Source of the DNA: Pseudomonadota bacterium
GTDB lineage: Bacteria > SZUA-182 > DTGQ01
Length of the DNA stretch: 64,000 nucleotides
Assembly: GCA_030625085.1 (NCBI GenBank)
Contig: DAOURK010000008.1
Coordinates: 2,024-66,023, forward strand
Direction: 5' to 3'
A model generated the notes under the pieces. It was given only the letters and a program-made list of their open reading frames with translations. It was not told where the DNA came from and made no database searches. Below, piece after piece: positions 18,782 through 28,305 of the stretch; positions within the stretch are counted from its first letter, which is position 1, and each line of letters starts with the position of its first letter. Position numbers and translations under genes: made by a program.

Positions 18782-19395
18782 ACCTCATCATTACCTATTG
18801 CGGAAACCAGCCTCTGGGCCAGCTTTTGGGCCAGGGAAAAAGCTGCCTGTCTATCCTTAACACCCAAAAGATATCCTTGAGCCGCCCCTTTCTCCATAAA
18901 CTGCCCTTGTCCTAAAATCCGGCCGGATCGTGTATCAAGGATGGTGCTGTGAACCATAATTTTAGGCACAGTTGATTTTTTATCCTTCCTCCGGTGAGCG
19001 CCATAACTATTTCCAACCCCGTACTGGAGGACAGTGCCTATGATAACCGCTTCAACCTTAAATTGTTTCCTGAATGCTCTCAGGGTTTCAATATCAATAG
19101 TAGATACTGAAATCTTACGCCTGATCAGGAAAAATTTTCTCACATCACCATACTTGATTAAGCGAAATTTTTCAAGTTTTATGAGTTCAGCCATGAGTAC
19201 GTTAGTCATAATTATGCCGGCGTTTGTTTTTTGACTAAGGTTATGGAAGGGGAAGACCGCCAAAGACTTCACCCCCTTAAGGGATTGGCTGTCCATATGA
19301 TAGTTACTTTTGTACTGAAGCCCTTGACATCCGGAATAAAGGACGATGCCGAACATACCCAGACAAAAAATTATCAATATTTTTTTCGTACTCAT
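18778..19395 (-). CDS. Lipoprotein, the first of three tandem paralogues sharing a (V/I)AV(F/L)PF(H/E)N(L/F)S motif. The fold is possibly LpoB/CsgG/TolB-N-like, but this is tentative.
   Basis: Lipobox LYSGC. The motif SLAVFPFHNLSQ is present. Size and layout match 19549-20178 and 20194-20805. Confidence 0.5.
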   Translation of the reverse strand: MSTKKILIIFCLGMFGIVLYSGCQGLQYKSNYHMDSQSLKGVKSLAVFPFHNLSQKTNAGIIMTNVLMAELIKLEKFRLIKYGDVRKFFLIRRKISVSTIDIETLRAFRKQFKVEAVIIGTVLQYGVGNSYGAHRRKDKKSTVPKIMVHSTILDTRSGRILGQGQFMEKGAAQGYLLGVKDRQAAFSLAQKLAQRLVSAIGNDEV

Positions 19396-19449
19396 GAATT
19401 ACCTATAGATTTTCAAAAAAATAATTTCACAATCCATATTCAAACAGAA

Positions 19450-19477
19450 GTAGCGCAGGGCTGAAGCCCTGCGCTAC
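19450..19477. repeat. GC-rich perfect stem-loop, GTAGCGCAGGGC-TGAA-GCCCTGCGCTAC, the second copy of the element family seen at 342-377.
   Basis: Perfect 12-bp inverted repeat read from the sequence. It is intergenic between two lipoprotein paralogues. Confidence 0.6.
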
Positions 19478-19548
19478 AGGATAAAATTTAATATCTATCT
19501 ATGGCACCCTTTTAAATGCATTAATTTTAGCCCAAAACAACCCCTGGC

Positions 19549-20178
19549 TTAACTTCTGCGCCTCCTTGGACTTCGCCTCCTTTGCCTGGGTAATGGTATT
19601 TCCTTCACTAGGTCTTTGACCACTTCATTAATCAAACAATCCACCTGGCCGATATAGTTTATGCCGAACCACGTCTCCTTATGACGGCCATAAGAAAAGG
19701 CGCATCCCATCCACAGGATAGGGGTCCCTTCTTCCATGCTGATCATTTTCATGATCAGGCCAAATCCCGGATCGGGGGTTTCCTGGTACTCACAGATCGC
19801 CCCTAAGATAATGGCTTTTGCCCGAAGGTTTTTCCCGATGGCTGAAGCTTGTTTTGAAGTCAAGTATCCGGTGTGTCTGAGTCTTTGCCGCAAAATGACC
19901 CTATCTACCCTCTCCCAGGATGAAAGGGTATAGATTTCATCCAGGTTTTGATAGACGGCTTTCATTACATCATCAATCACCAAAAAGCGCCCACTCAAAT
20001 TTTCAAAAGGAAGAACAGCTACTTTTGTCCCGTAGCCCGGCTTTTTTGCCCTCATCAAGAAAATAGGCAGATCTATTGCCTCTATAGCCATTGATTCTCC
20101 CGCCAAAAGAATGACTGCTAAAACTTGCAGGCAGACAAAAAGGCCCAGATAGATAAAAACAATATATGGCCTCTGCAT
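19549..20178 (-). CDS. Lipoprotein or anchored paralogue 2, carrying KVAVLPFENLSG.
   Basis: N-terminal hydrophobic anchor. The motif VAVLPFENLS is present. It ends in a Pro/Arg-rich tail (PRQRRRSPRRRRS). Confidence 0.5.
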   Translation of the reverse strand: MQRPYIVFIYLGLFVCLQVLAVILLAGESMAIEAIDLPIFLMRAKKPGYGTKVAVLPFENLSGRFLVIDDVMKAVYQNLDEIYTLSSWERVDRVILRQRLRHTGYLTSKQASAIGKNLRAKAIILGAICEYQETPDPGFGLIMKMISMEEGTPILWMGCAFSYGRHKETWFGINYIGQVDCLINEVVKDLVKEIPLPRQRRRSPRRRRS

Positions 20179-20193
20179 CGCTTATCCTTCCCA

Positions 20194-20805
20194 TCATTTA
20201 TAGATGAGTGTTTCCACAATTTTTTTACATGCCTTAATAGCCGTCTCAGTCACCGTTCCCTCCCCTATCCCCAGGATACTGGGAAGGATGCGGTTTCCTT
20301 TCTCAGTATGACTGATCGCCCAGATAATTGACCCTGTCTTGGCATCAATCATCCTTAAAGATAGAGAGACTTCCGGATAAGAACCGGAGCCGCTGCGAAC
20401 TATCCTATATTCTTCAACATTTCCCAGGACGATCCCTTGAATTTTGAGAGCCTGCCCGAGTTCTTTGGCTACCTCCTTGGTAATTGTTCCTTTAAAGGTT
20501 TCCTGCCCGGGCGCTGAGGCAGCCAGGTTAATGTTATTTATAACCTGTAATAACTCTCCCAACTCGGGGACTTCAACCATTTCGGAGGCCAATAAGGTGG
20601 TGACAAAAATATCTCTCACCTTTTTATGAGCAAAACGATCATTAGTAAAATTTTCAAATGGGAGTACGCCTACCTTTTTGACAAACCGGAAATTGACGTT
20701 CGGATTAATGTAAACCTTAGATTTTGTAGCCACGCAACCGATATAACCGAACAACATCAAAAAAGAGACCATAGACAGCAAAATCCTTGATTTCATAGAC
20801 CTCAT
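20194..20805 (-). CDS. Lipoprotein paralogue 3, carrying KVGVLPFENFTN.
   Basis: Signal plus lipobox FGYIGCVA. The motif VGVLPFENF is present. Confidence 0.5.
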   Translation of the reverse strand: MRSMKSRILLSMVSFLMLFGYIGCVATKSKVYINPNVNFRFVKKVGVLPFENFTNDRFAHKKVRDIFVTTLLASEMVEVPELGELLQVINNINLAASAPGQETFKGTITKEVAKELGQALKIQGIVLGNVEEYRIVRSGSGSYPEVSLSLRMIDAKTGSIIWAISHTEKGNRILPSILGIGEGTVTETAIKACKKIVETLIYK

Positions 20806-20904
20806 ATTATGTCATCTCTCCTCTATTATTTAGTGCCTGAATAAAACCCCTTCTTTTTGTTATTTCGATTTCTGTCCTGTCATTTCGACATTGTATCATG
20901 TCTA

Positions 20905-22557
20905 TTAAAAAATTTGTAATGTTAACCCGAGCTTCACAATTTGTTCCTTTGACGGATATTGATACTGTAAGTCTAAACGAATCTTGCTGGTGATATTAAT
21001 GTCCATTCCCCCTAAAAAGTAAGGTTCAAATTCGCCTGATCGATAGCTCACATCAAACTCCAACTTGGAAGTGGGACGCCAGTTGAAAGAATATTGATAA
21101 CTTGTCTCATTGCCTCCATAACCACTAGTATACCCGACATCGAGCATAAAGGTCCTCACCGGCCTATAGACTAATTTTGTTTCAAGATTACCCGAAGAAT
21201 CGGTCCCCCCATCACTTTTACCACTATCCGCCGTCCATTCGGACCTTTGTGATATTGAAGCCTTTAGATTCGGCAACAAATTCAGGTTAAAATGACTATT
21301 TACTCTTTTTCCCACCCTTTTAGTGTCGGAAATAAAATTCTTGGTCTCAGTAAGCCCTATATCCATGGCAAGGTCTACGCCCTGGTAAACAGTGGTTGAT
21401 CCGGTCAAAAGAAAAGACAACCGGTGATTCTGTTTTGTTCCCCCGCTTTTATCAGTGTAATTACTTATAAGAAAAGAGGTTTTAATGGGATACATGGGTT
21501 TATTCGGATCAAAGATTAATCCCTTTAGTTGAGGGTCCATCTTCAGTGAATAGGTAGTCGCCTCTCTCGGCTCGGAACCGGGGCCCATCCCACTCCTGTT
21601 ATAATTCATACCGAGGGTTATGGGGATATTATAGGGCGCGAATTTAGGGTCAAGGGAAAGACTGAATATATGCCCTATTGAGCTGTCTTTATGATCAGGG
21701 TGGTCCGTTTCGATCCTATTCATAAATAATCTATACCCGGGTTTCATCCATTCAGTAACTTTCCCATCAATGTTAATATGGGCATTCTGCTCCAATGTTT
21801 TTTTAACCAGGCCCTCTTTATCCAGGCCTTCTTCCTCTTTATCCCGGCTTTGATCTTTATCCCGGCTTTGACTCACCTCATATCCCGTTCCGATATTTAA
21901 TCTCTCATTAAAGAAGGAAAATCTCTGCCCGATCCGACCGCTGTTTAAAAGATCATAGGTGGTGGTTACCTTGCCGTTCTTATCCCATCTACGGTAGTTG
22001 TAACTGTGATCCAGGGTTAAAAATCCGATGGTTAACGAATAATTCTCGCTAACGGATGCTCCCTTTTCTCTGGTAATGTTTCCCCCTTCCCGATCCTCTT
22101 TTTGATCTTGGAATTGGCACAGGATATGAGGCAGCCACTTCGGCCGCCAGGCAAAACTGGTGTAACCCCTTTCATTTATATAGGAGCTTTTTTCTTCGGA
22201 AATAAAATCCTTGCTCCAGCCTAAATTCACATCCATCATCTGATGCCCCAGTCTCATATTCAGGGAGGGCAACGCTTGGGCCCGTTCCCTGGCCCCCTCT
22301 TCTTCCCTTGTCTCCGACCTGAACTCAAGTTTAAGGCCGGCGTCGTATAAGGGCGGTAATCTCCTTAATAAAATCACATCATACGTCTGCGTAAAGCGAG
22401 TATTTCGTTTATCATCAGTTTTTCTCTGCTCCCACAAAAAATCTGCCGAGCCTTGCATGCCGCGAGCTTTAGCTAGAGGACACAGAGTTATGAACATCCA
22501 AAGGGTAAAGCTCAACATTATTAAACCCACATTGCTTTTTATTGCCCTCTTCCTCAT
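20905..22557 (-). CDS. Putative outer-membrane beta-barrel, a candidate porin partner of the adjacent giant cytochrome.
   Basis: Signal peptide MRKRAIKSNVGLIMLSFTLWMFITLCPLAKARG. Alternating hydrophobic beta-strand pattern. C-terminal ...LGLTLQIF ends in Phe, the typical OMP signature. Confidence 0.5.
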   Translation of the reverse strand: MRKRAIKSNVGLIMLSFTLWMFITLCPLAKARGMQGSADFLWEQRKTDDKRNTRFTQTYDVILLRRLPPLYDAGLKLEFRSETREEEGARERAQALPSLNMRLGHQMMDVNLGWSKDFISEEKSSYINERGYTSFAWRPKWLPHILCQFQDQKEDREGGNITREKGASVSENYSLTIGFLTLDHSYNYRRWDKNGKVTTTYDLLNSGRIGQRFSFFNERLNIGTGYEVSQSRDKDQSRDKEEEGLDKEGLVKKTLEQNAHINIDGKVTEWMKPGYRLFMNRIETDHPDHKDSSIGHIFSLSLDPKFAPYNIPITLGMNYNRSGMGPGSEPREATTYSLKMDPQLKGLIFDPNKPMYPIKTSFLISNYTDKSGGTKQNHRLSFLLTGSTTVYQGVDLAMDIGLTETKNFISDTKRVGKRVNSHFNLNLLPNLKASISQRSEWTADSGKSDGGTDSSGNLETKLVYRPVRTFMLDVGYTSGYGGNETSYQYSFNWRPTSKLEFDVSYRSGEFEPYFLGGMDINITSKIRLDLQYQYPSKEQIVKLGLTLQIF

Positions 22558-22649
22558 AATTATTGTATTTACTATCTAAAAATGCCATTCTTCATTTGTC
22601 AGTGGACATTGTTGTTTTGTAATAGTTCAGCACACTATTACGTTGTTTT

Positions 22650-25600
22650 TTATCTGGTCCATCTAATCTCCTCCAATTCTTTGGAGGTTGGGATTTTTGA
22701 AGTGACCCTCACATTAAATTTGGCCGTGCCCGGCTCTTTGCCCGCCTGATATACGGCCCTGGCTTGACCTGAAAAATCCGTGATCTCATCGATTTTCAAA
22801 ATTTTGCCGCCGCCGCTGATTACCCTAACAGAAGGCGCCACACCACGGCAAGGATTTTTATTTATGTCAGTGACCTTTATGGTTAAGGTGCAGGTACTTT
22901 TCCCATCAGCAGGAATTCTTTCCGGTTTCACGCTTACCTCAAGAACAGCCGGTGCATCGCTTTTGAGAATGATATGGGTTTTTGCTCCCAGGGGAGGTGT
23001 TGCCGTCACATCTGTTGCGGTTATTTCTACCGTACCGATTGATCTTCCGGCTACATATTTCACCTCGGCCTTGCCCCCGGCATCCGTATAGGCTTCTCTG
23101 GGCTGAAGATATCCGTCACCCATGGACACGATAAAGGTTATTCGATGGCCCTTCACCGGTGTGCCGGTCCGGTCGATCAGCTCGGCTTTGATTTGGGACC
23201 TGCCCACACCGTCTGCCGTCAGCCATTGAGGAGAGGCTGATAAGGAAAGGTAATACTCTTGTCCCCTGGCCCTCATCCTAGCCTTGGCCTGCTCTATGGG
23301 AAGATATTGCTCTACCTGTGCCTGAGTTTCAAGATATGAGGTGAGATAGCCGAATCCCACATCCCCGGTGATCTGATCCTCGGCCCGAAAAATAATGGTC
23401 TTGGCGGCAAATCCTGTTTGATACTCCATGGATATTTGTCCGAAACCATCAGTTGTAAATACATACGATTCGCCACTTGCCGTGGGATCGTTTATCCCAA
23501 AGAGCGGATTGACTACATATCCGATATCCGCTTGATTCAGTTTCCCCAGACCGACCAGGCCGGTGTATTCAGAGGATGCAAAAAGCGTGACCCCAACCTG
23601 CCTGTCTGCTATACCACGGCCCCGTGCATTTTTCAGCAAAGCCAGCACCCGGCCCCTGGAGAGGCTGTCTGCCTTAAGCTCGGGAGGCAGCGGTCGCACC
23701 TCAATCCTGCTCTCAGTATCCATGGTGATAGTATGAGAAGATCGAAAGGGAAGGGAATATTGACCGAATTCATCCCTGAGGGACGCAAAGACATATCCCT
23801 GTATTATCCGCTCAGTGGGCAGCACTGTATATTCACTTTCATAGGTGCCGGGATCATCCGTTTCCATTAAGGCGATGTTTCTTTTGGGCGTGGAGATTAA
23901 CCGGGGATGCCCATCGTTGTTTACAGCCGTTATAAAGAAAGAGTCATTAAGATCAGATTCATTATCAGTCACCTGATATTCCCGCGCCCCAAGACCGAGC
24001 ATAGCTAAAGGGTTTTGCTTGTCCGGGGAAAAGGCCGGCCAGGTGCCCCTATAGATGCGGTATGCTGATATATCCGGATTATCCGACTCACTGAATCCGG
24101 ACCAGTCAAGGGACACCGTACGATCTTCATTAACAAAAGCCCCCAGGTGAAAAGCGCCCTTACAACCCGGCGTGCCCCTGACAATTATTTTAAATAGATC
24201 TCCGGTCACCAGACCTACCGAACCTCCAACCTGAAAGCTGTCTTCCTCAATCGCGTAAATTTCCGGTTTTGCTCCGGCTGAGCGTCTGACAACAGAGACT
24301 CTGTTGCTTAAAGTACGGCTGGTGCTATTACCCGAGGGATCGGTAAGCCGGCCTGTGATGATCATCCCTTCGGCCTCGTCAACGTCCTGAAAAACATATT
24401 TTCCCTCATACCTTCCTTTTTCAAAGGATTCTATCATAACTATATCTTTTATTCGGCCCCCCAGGGAAAATGCGGCTTTACATCCCGGCTCTCCGATCAT
24501 TAAAAGAGAAATGTTCTCACCGAGGTTCCATACTTCTTTCTCGCCGATTACCCGTATCTCGGTAATAAAGGGCGGAATTGTATCGGGAGGCACAAAAACT
24601 TCAGCTATAGAAGAAGGGGCGGACTCATTTTCAGCCTCATCAACAGAGGTAATAAGATAATAATACCTGGTATCCGGCCTCAGGTCAAAGTCTTTATATT
24701 CGCGCCTGTCCGGGGGCAGGTCCGAGGCCAGGCGGCTGTTAACATCCGGGGTAATACCCTCATTCAAGCCCCGATAGATTCTGTAGGAGGCGATTTGTTC
24801 ATCCGCTTCTTCTGCTGCGGGCCATAAAAGGCTGACGCTGCCATCCGAATTAAGGGCCGCCTCAAGCCTTGCCGGCGCAGGGGGAGGCAGATTATCAATC
24901 TTTAAGGGGAACGGGGATTCTTTGGATCTGATCTTACCCCGCCCATCATCTAAAAATCCGGTTACCTTGAGTTGCGCCTGATCTGTTTCCCCGGGGATAA
25001 GATACTTTCCTATATAAGTGCCGGTACCATCAGTCTCCTCCATAAAAATAGGCTCGGCCAGGCCCTCAATCGTAAAATAGGCCCTTTGGCCGGGGCTCCC
25101 TGTAAGCGTGGCCACCATCTGCCGTCCGCCTTTAAGGGGGATCTCTCCCTGGCTGAGGGACACTGAAAAGATGTACAAAGCTTCATAAGAGACCCTCACC
25201 TCTTTGGGAAATCGGGCCTCATTACCCATACTGTCCACGGCAGCCACCGTATATAAATAAACCTTTCCCTTGACAATTTTTCTGTCCTCGTACACAGGCC
25301 ATCTCAAAGGCTCATACCGGGTAATTCGAACCCATTGCGGTCCTTCCCCCTCCAGGCGGCGATACACATAATATCCTGCCACCAACTCGTCCAGGTCCTC
25401 CTCCCAGGTAAGGCAAATCGTATCTCCCTCAATTTTTGCCGAAAGCCCCTTCACCTCTTCCAATGTTTTAAGCTCCTTTGGTGTCAGACTCACAGGTGTG
25501 GCCCTGGCCTCCTCAGAATAGGTGCTCTCCATACCCGGCATATCTTCAACAGTCAGTACATAATAATAATTCTGCTCAGGACTGACCTCCTTATCCATAT

Positions 25601-27956
25601 ATCTGTTTACATGGTCCGGCTCAGAGCTGATCAGAGCATAGGGCCCTCCGGGGGTTTGACTGCGATAGAGGTGATAGCCCCTGATATTCTCATCAGGATA
25701 TTTTTCCCAGCTAAGCTCAACCAGCCTTTTCCCTGCGGTTGCTATAAAGCCGCTCGGGGGTGCCAGGGGGGGGAGGGGGACACTTTTCAGCCTGCTCTGC
25801 CCTTTCTTGCCTGGCTTGGGCTTCGGGTTATGAACATTGAAGGCGGGGCTGGCCGCGCTGGTAACGTCGTAGTCTTTGCCGTGGCAATTATAGCAATGCG
25901 TGGTGCCGTCCGATTCATGGTGGCTCTGTTGTCCCATTTCAAGCTCGGGTATCGCGGCCATCACAATCCCGTCCACCTCGGGGCATTGGCCATTATAAAG
26001 CGTGCAGTTCGGATCATCGCTGGGCACATGACAACTGAAACAAAAAGGCCGGCATTGGCTGGCCATGGTTTTGGTGTCGATAATCCCATCATATCCCGGT
26101 CGCTGATCGCTGAGCAGATAGGCATTCGGTAGACCAATATCGGCATGTCCTCTAGTGCCGTGCGGATTATGGCAATTTGAGCAGGCCAATCTATCCCCCA
26201 CCTGAATATGATCCGGCCAGTAAGAAGCGCTGTTGGTGGACTTTCTGATCATATGACCTGCAGTTTCGGGATTTATGGATTTATTATAATAATGGGAGAT
26301 ATTTTTGTTTTCACTATCCATGCCGGCCGGACCATCATGGTCGTGACATTTTAAACACAGTTCATAGTTGAGCGGCTCATCGCCCTGAGAGGACCCCTTG
26401 GTGCTGAGATAGGTGTCAATGAGCATATCAAAGGCATTGCCCGTGCCGTGAGGAGAGTGGCAATTCACGCAACGTCCTACGCCGGACGAATCCTTTATCG
26501 GCATATCAGGATCATTCCGGTGTGGCGAAAAAAACTTCTGCGGCGGGCCATCATCCCAGGTGTTCGGGTTCTCAAAAACATCCATCCCGGGCCAGGCCAC
26601 CCGATTGTTGAGTCCGGGCGCCTTTGCCCCTGAGACAAAATATTCGAAATATCCCGGATAATCAGAGCCGGCCGGCGCCCTGTCTTCTTCCTGGGCCGGG
26701 TAGCCGGAATAGCCTCCCGTGGGCGTAAAATCGTGGCAACCCGTTGTATAACATAAGGCATTGGTATTATCGGTAAACAGATTGTAGTCCTTTCCGACGT
26801 GCTGAAGGTGACATTGGTTGCACTCTCCTTTGAGCCACCGATCATCCCTGGAAAGCCCCGTATCCGGATGGCCGTGGGGCGAAACATCATAAATTCCATT
26901 ATCCTCGTCGTCAGTCCCTCCCCTAAGGTGACATGCCTGGCAGGTGCCCACCATGCGCGAGCCGTCCTCAAGAGTGGATGTTTCCGGATCATCGTACATA
27001 AGACAAAAGAGCTGATCCGAACCGTGGGCTTTATGGCAGGAGGTGCACCCGGTTTCATTATCGCTTACGGATTTGGTACCGATCTCCCCTAAGGGCGAAA
27101 TGTAGGGAGGCCTGGATAAAACGAGGCTTGACCACCAGTATCCCAGACCACCGTCCGCGGTTCCATCGATATGTAGGTTAGTGACACCCTGCGCAAGAGT
27201 AATTCCCACCGTAGGATGCCTTATCCAGGTGTCCGTATCGAGGGCCTGTGTATCTCCAGATGAAGAGCCGCCCATATTGGCATCTCCCCCGTCGCCGTAA
27301 AACTGCCCATGGCAGCCCGCGCACCAGGCGGAAAGGCCGTAATTATTGTCTGACTCTGATTGGCGGTGTTTAATATTGCCGACCTTATAATGTTCGGCAA
27401 GAGGCGTATCGAGTAATTGTTGCACGGCAACATCACCCCCATAGGTCCCTGTTTCATAGGTCACTGTAATGTTGACGGCCTGACCCGGGTTCGTCCTCAA
27501 GTTGCGGTAATAGTCATTGCCATGGGGGTTATGGCAGGTGATGCAGGTCAGGGGATCACCCGACCACGTCCCCGAATAACCCGGTGGCGTGACAGTGCTT
27601 CCCAGGGAGTGCTTACTCGGAGAATTGGGATCAATGGACAATTCCCCGGCGCTGGAAATATAGCGTTCCTCCCCCAGTACATTGGGGGCTGAGGTGTCGG
27701 TGCCGTCATGGCACATCAGGCACATCTCATTGGTCAAATTCTTGAGCAGTCTTTCATAGGGGCCGGCTTGACCCCAATCGGCCGACACCCCGCCATCCTG
27801 GCTGTAATGAATAGTATGGCAATCCGAACAATAAAGATTTTTAGACCCGACATGGAAATCACCGGCCACAGCGGTTTTTTTCACCCATGGGCATAGCAAA
27901 AAGAAAAATAAGAAAACCATGGGTAAGAAGATATGTATTTTGGGCTTTCCAGTCAA
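22650..27956 (-). CDS. Giant 1768-aa extracellular fusion protein. An N-terminal multiheme cytochrome with about 13 hemes and an OmcS-like first-heme motif is followed by FN3-like and Ig-like (Big) domains.
   Basis: After the signal peptide comes DFHVGSKNLYCSDCHTIHYSQDGG, matching the CHTMHxSQDG motif of the OmcS-like paralogues. There are 12 CxxCH motifs plus 1 CxxxxCH in the first ~700 aa. FN3-like segments follow (YHLYRSQTPGGPY..., YYVYRR..., YRIYRG...), then C-terminal Ig-like repeats. Confidence 0.8.
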   Translation of the reverse strand: MTGKPKIHIFLPMVFLFFFLLCPWVKKTAVAGDFHVGSKNLYCSDCHTIHYSQDGGVSADWGQAGPYERLLKNLTNEMCLMCHDGTDTSAPNVLGEERYISSAGELSIDPNSPSKHSLGSTVTPPGYSGTWSGDPLTCITCHNPHGNDYYRNLRTNPGQAVNITVTYETGTYGGDVAVQQLLDTPLAEHYKVGNIKHRQSESDNNYGLSAWCAGCHGQFYGDGGDANMGGSSSGDTQALDTDTWIRHPTVGITLAQGVTNLHIDGTADGGLGYWWSSLVLSRPPYISPLGEIGTKSVSDNETGCTSCHKAHGSDQLFCLMYDDPETSTLEDGSRMVGTCQACHLRGGTDDEDNGIYDVSPHGHPDTGLSRDDRWLKGECNQCHLQHVGKDYNLFTDNTNALCYTTGCHDFTPTGGYSGYPAQEEDRAPAGSDYPGYFEYFVSGAKAPGLNNRVAWPGMDVFENPNTWDDGPPQKFFSPHRNDPDMPIKDSSGVGRCVNCHSPHGTGNAFDMLIDTYLSTKGSSQGDEPLNYELCLKCHDHDGPAGMDSENKNISHYYNKSINPETAGHMIRKSTNSASYWPDHIQVGDRLACSNCHNPHGTRGHADIGLPNAYLLSDQRPGYDGIIDTKTMASQCRPFCFSCHVPSDDPNCTLYNGQCPEVDGIVMAAIPELEMGQQSHHESDGTTHCYNCHGKDYDVTSAASPAFNVHNPKPKPGKKGQSRLKSVPLPPLAPPSGFIATAGKRLVELSWEKYPDENIRGYHLYRSQTPGGPYALISSEPDHVNRYMDKEVSPEQNYYYVLTVEDMPGMESTYSEEARATPVSLTPKELKTLEEVKGLSAKIEGDTICLTWEEDLDELVAGYYVYRRLEGEGPQWVRITRYEPLRWPVYEDRKIVKGKVYLYTVAAVDSMGNEARFPKEVRVSYEALYIFSVSLSQGEIPLKGGRQMVATLTGSPGQRAYFTIEGLAEPIFMEETDGTGTYIGKYLIPGETDQAQLKVTGFLDDGRGKIRSKESPFPLKIDNLPPPAPARLEAALNSDGSVSLLWPAAEEADEQIASYRIYRGLNEGITPDVNSRLASDLPPDRREYKDFDLRPDTRYYYLITSVDEAENESAPSSIAEVFVPPDTIPPFITEIRVIGEKEVWNLGENISLLMIGEPGCKAAFSLGGRIKDIVMIESFEKGRYEGKYVFQDVDEAEGMIITGRLTDPSGNSTSRTLSNRVSVVRRSAGAKPEIYAIEEDSFQVGGSVGLVTGDLFKIIVRGTPGCKGAFHLGAFVNEDRTVSLDWSGFSESDNPDISAYRIYRGTWPAFSPDKQNPLAMLGLGAREYQVTDNESDLNDSFFITAVNNDGHPRLISTPKRNIALMETDDPGTYESEYTVLPTERIIQGYVFASLRDEFGQYSLPFRSSHTITMDTESRIEVRPLPPELKADSLSRGRVLALLKNARGRGIADRQVGVTLFASSEYTGLVGLGKLNQADIGYVVNPLFGINDPTASGESYVFTTDGFGQISMEYQTGFAAKTIIFRAEDQITGDVGFGYLTSYLETQAQVEQYLPIEQAKARMRARGQEYYLSLSASPQWLTADGVGRSQIKAELIDRTGTPVKGHRITFIVSMGDGYLQPREAYTDAGGKAEVKYVAGRSIGTVEITATDVTATPPLGAKTHIILKSDAPAVLEVSVKPERIPADGKSTCTLTIKVTDINKNPCRGVAPSVRVISGGGKILKIDEITDFSGQARAVYQAGKEPGTAKFNVRVTSKIPTSKELEEIRWTR

Positions 27957-28005
27957 TGTCTTTACCTTTCAGCACACCACGGAGGCACAGCGTCAAGGAG
28001 AAAAA

Positions 28006-28305
28006 TCAAAAGACAAGCCTCTTGATTCCCTCTTTTAAAATAGGCACATTAAAATTTATAATAAGGCCTACCTTCATACCGGATAATCTTAAATAGGTTA
28101 GCAATTGTGCCTCGTGAATTGGCGCTATTGTATCAACTACTTTAAGTTCAAGAACAACCTTTTCTTCAACCACAATATCCATCCGATATCCACAGTCGAG
28201 CTTGATGCCTTTATATTCAAGGGGAAGAGGACTTTGTCGAGAGGGCCTGGAGACGACCTGCACCCTTTTCCAATACATAGACAATGCCTTTCGGATCAAC
28301 GGCAA
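28006..28305 (-). CDS. GxxExxY-family (PD-(D/E)XK-like) small protein. It appears N-terminally truncated and is possibly a remnant.
   Basis: The C-terminal consensus of this family is present (LEYKGI...GYRMDIVVEEKVVLELKVV...HEAQLLTYLRLSG...GLIINF). The N-terminal helical part with the GxxExxY motif is missing. The ORF's 5' end overlaps the 3' end of the NHL gene. Confidence 0.5.
   Translation of the reverse strand: MPLIRKALSMYWKRVQVVSRPSRQSPLPLEYKGIKLDCGYRMDIVVEEKVVLELKVVDTIAPIHEAQLLTYLRLSGMKVGLIINFNVPILKEGIKRLVF

Noticed and set aside
22780-27896. Many 60-265-aa ORFs on the plus strand, opposite the giant cytochrome gene (for example 25335-26132).
   Set aside because: They lie antisense inside a long, motif-rich minus-strand CDS and are Arg/Gly/Pro-rich mirror translations. 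They are spurious.
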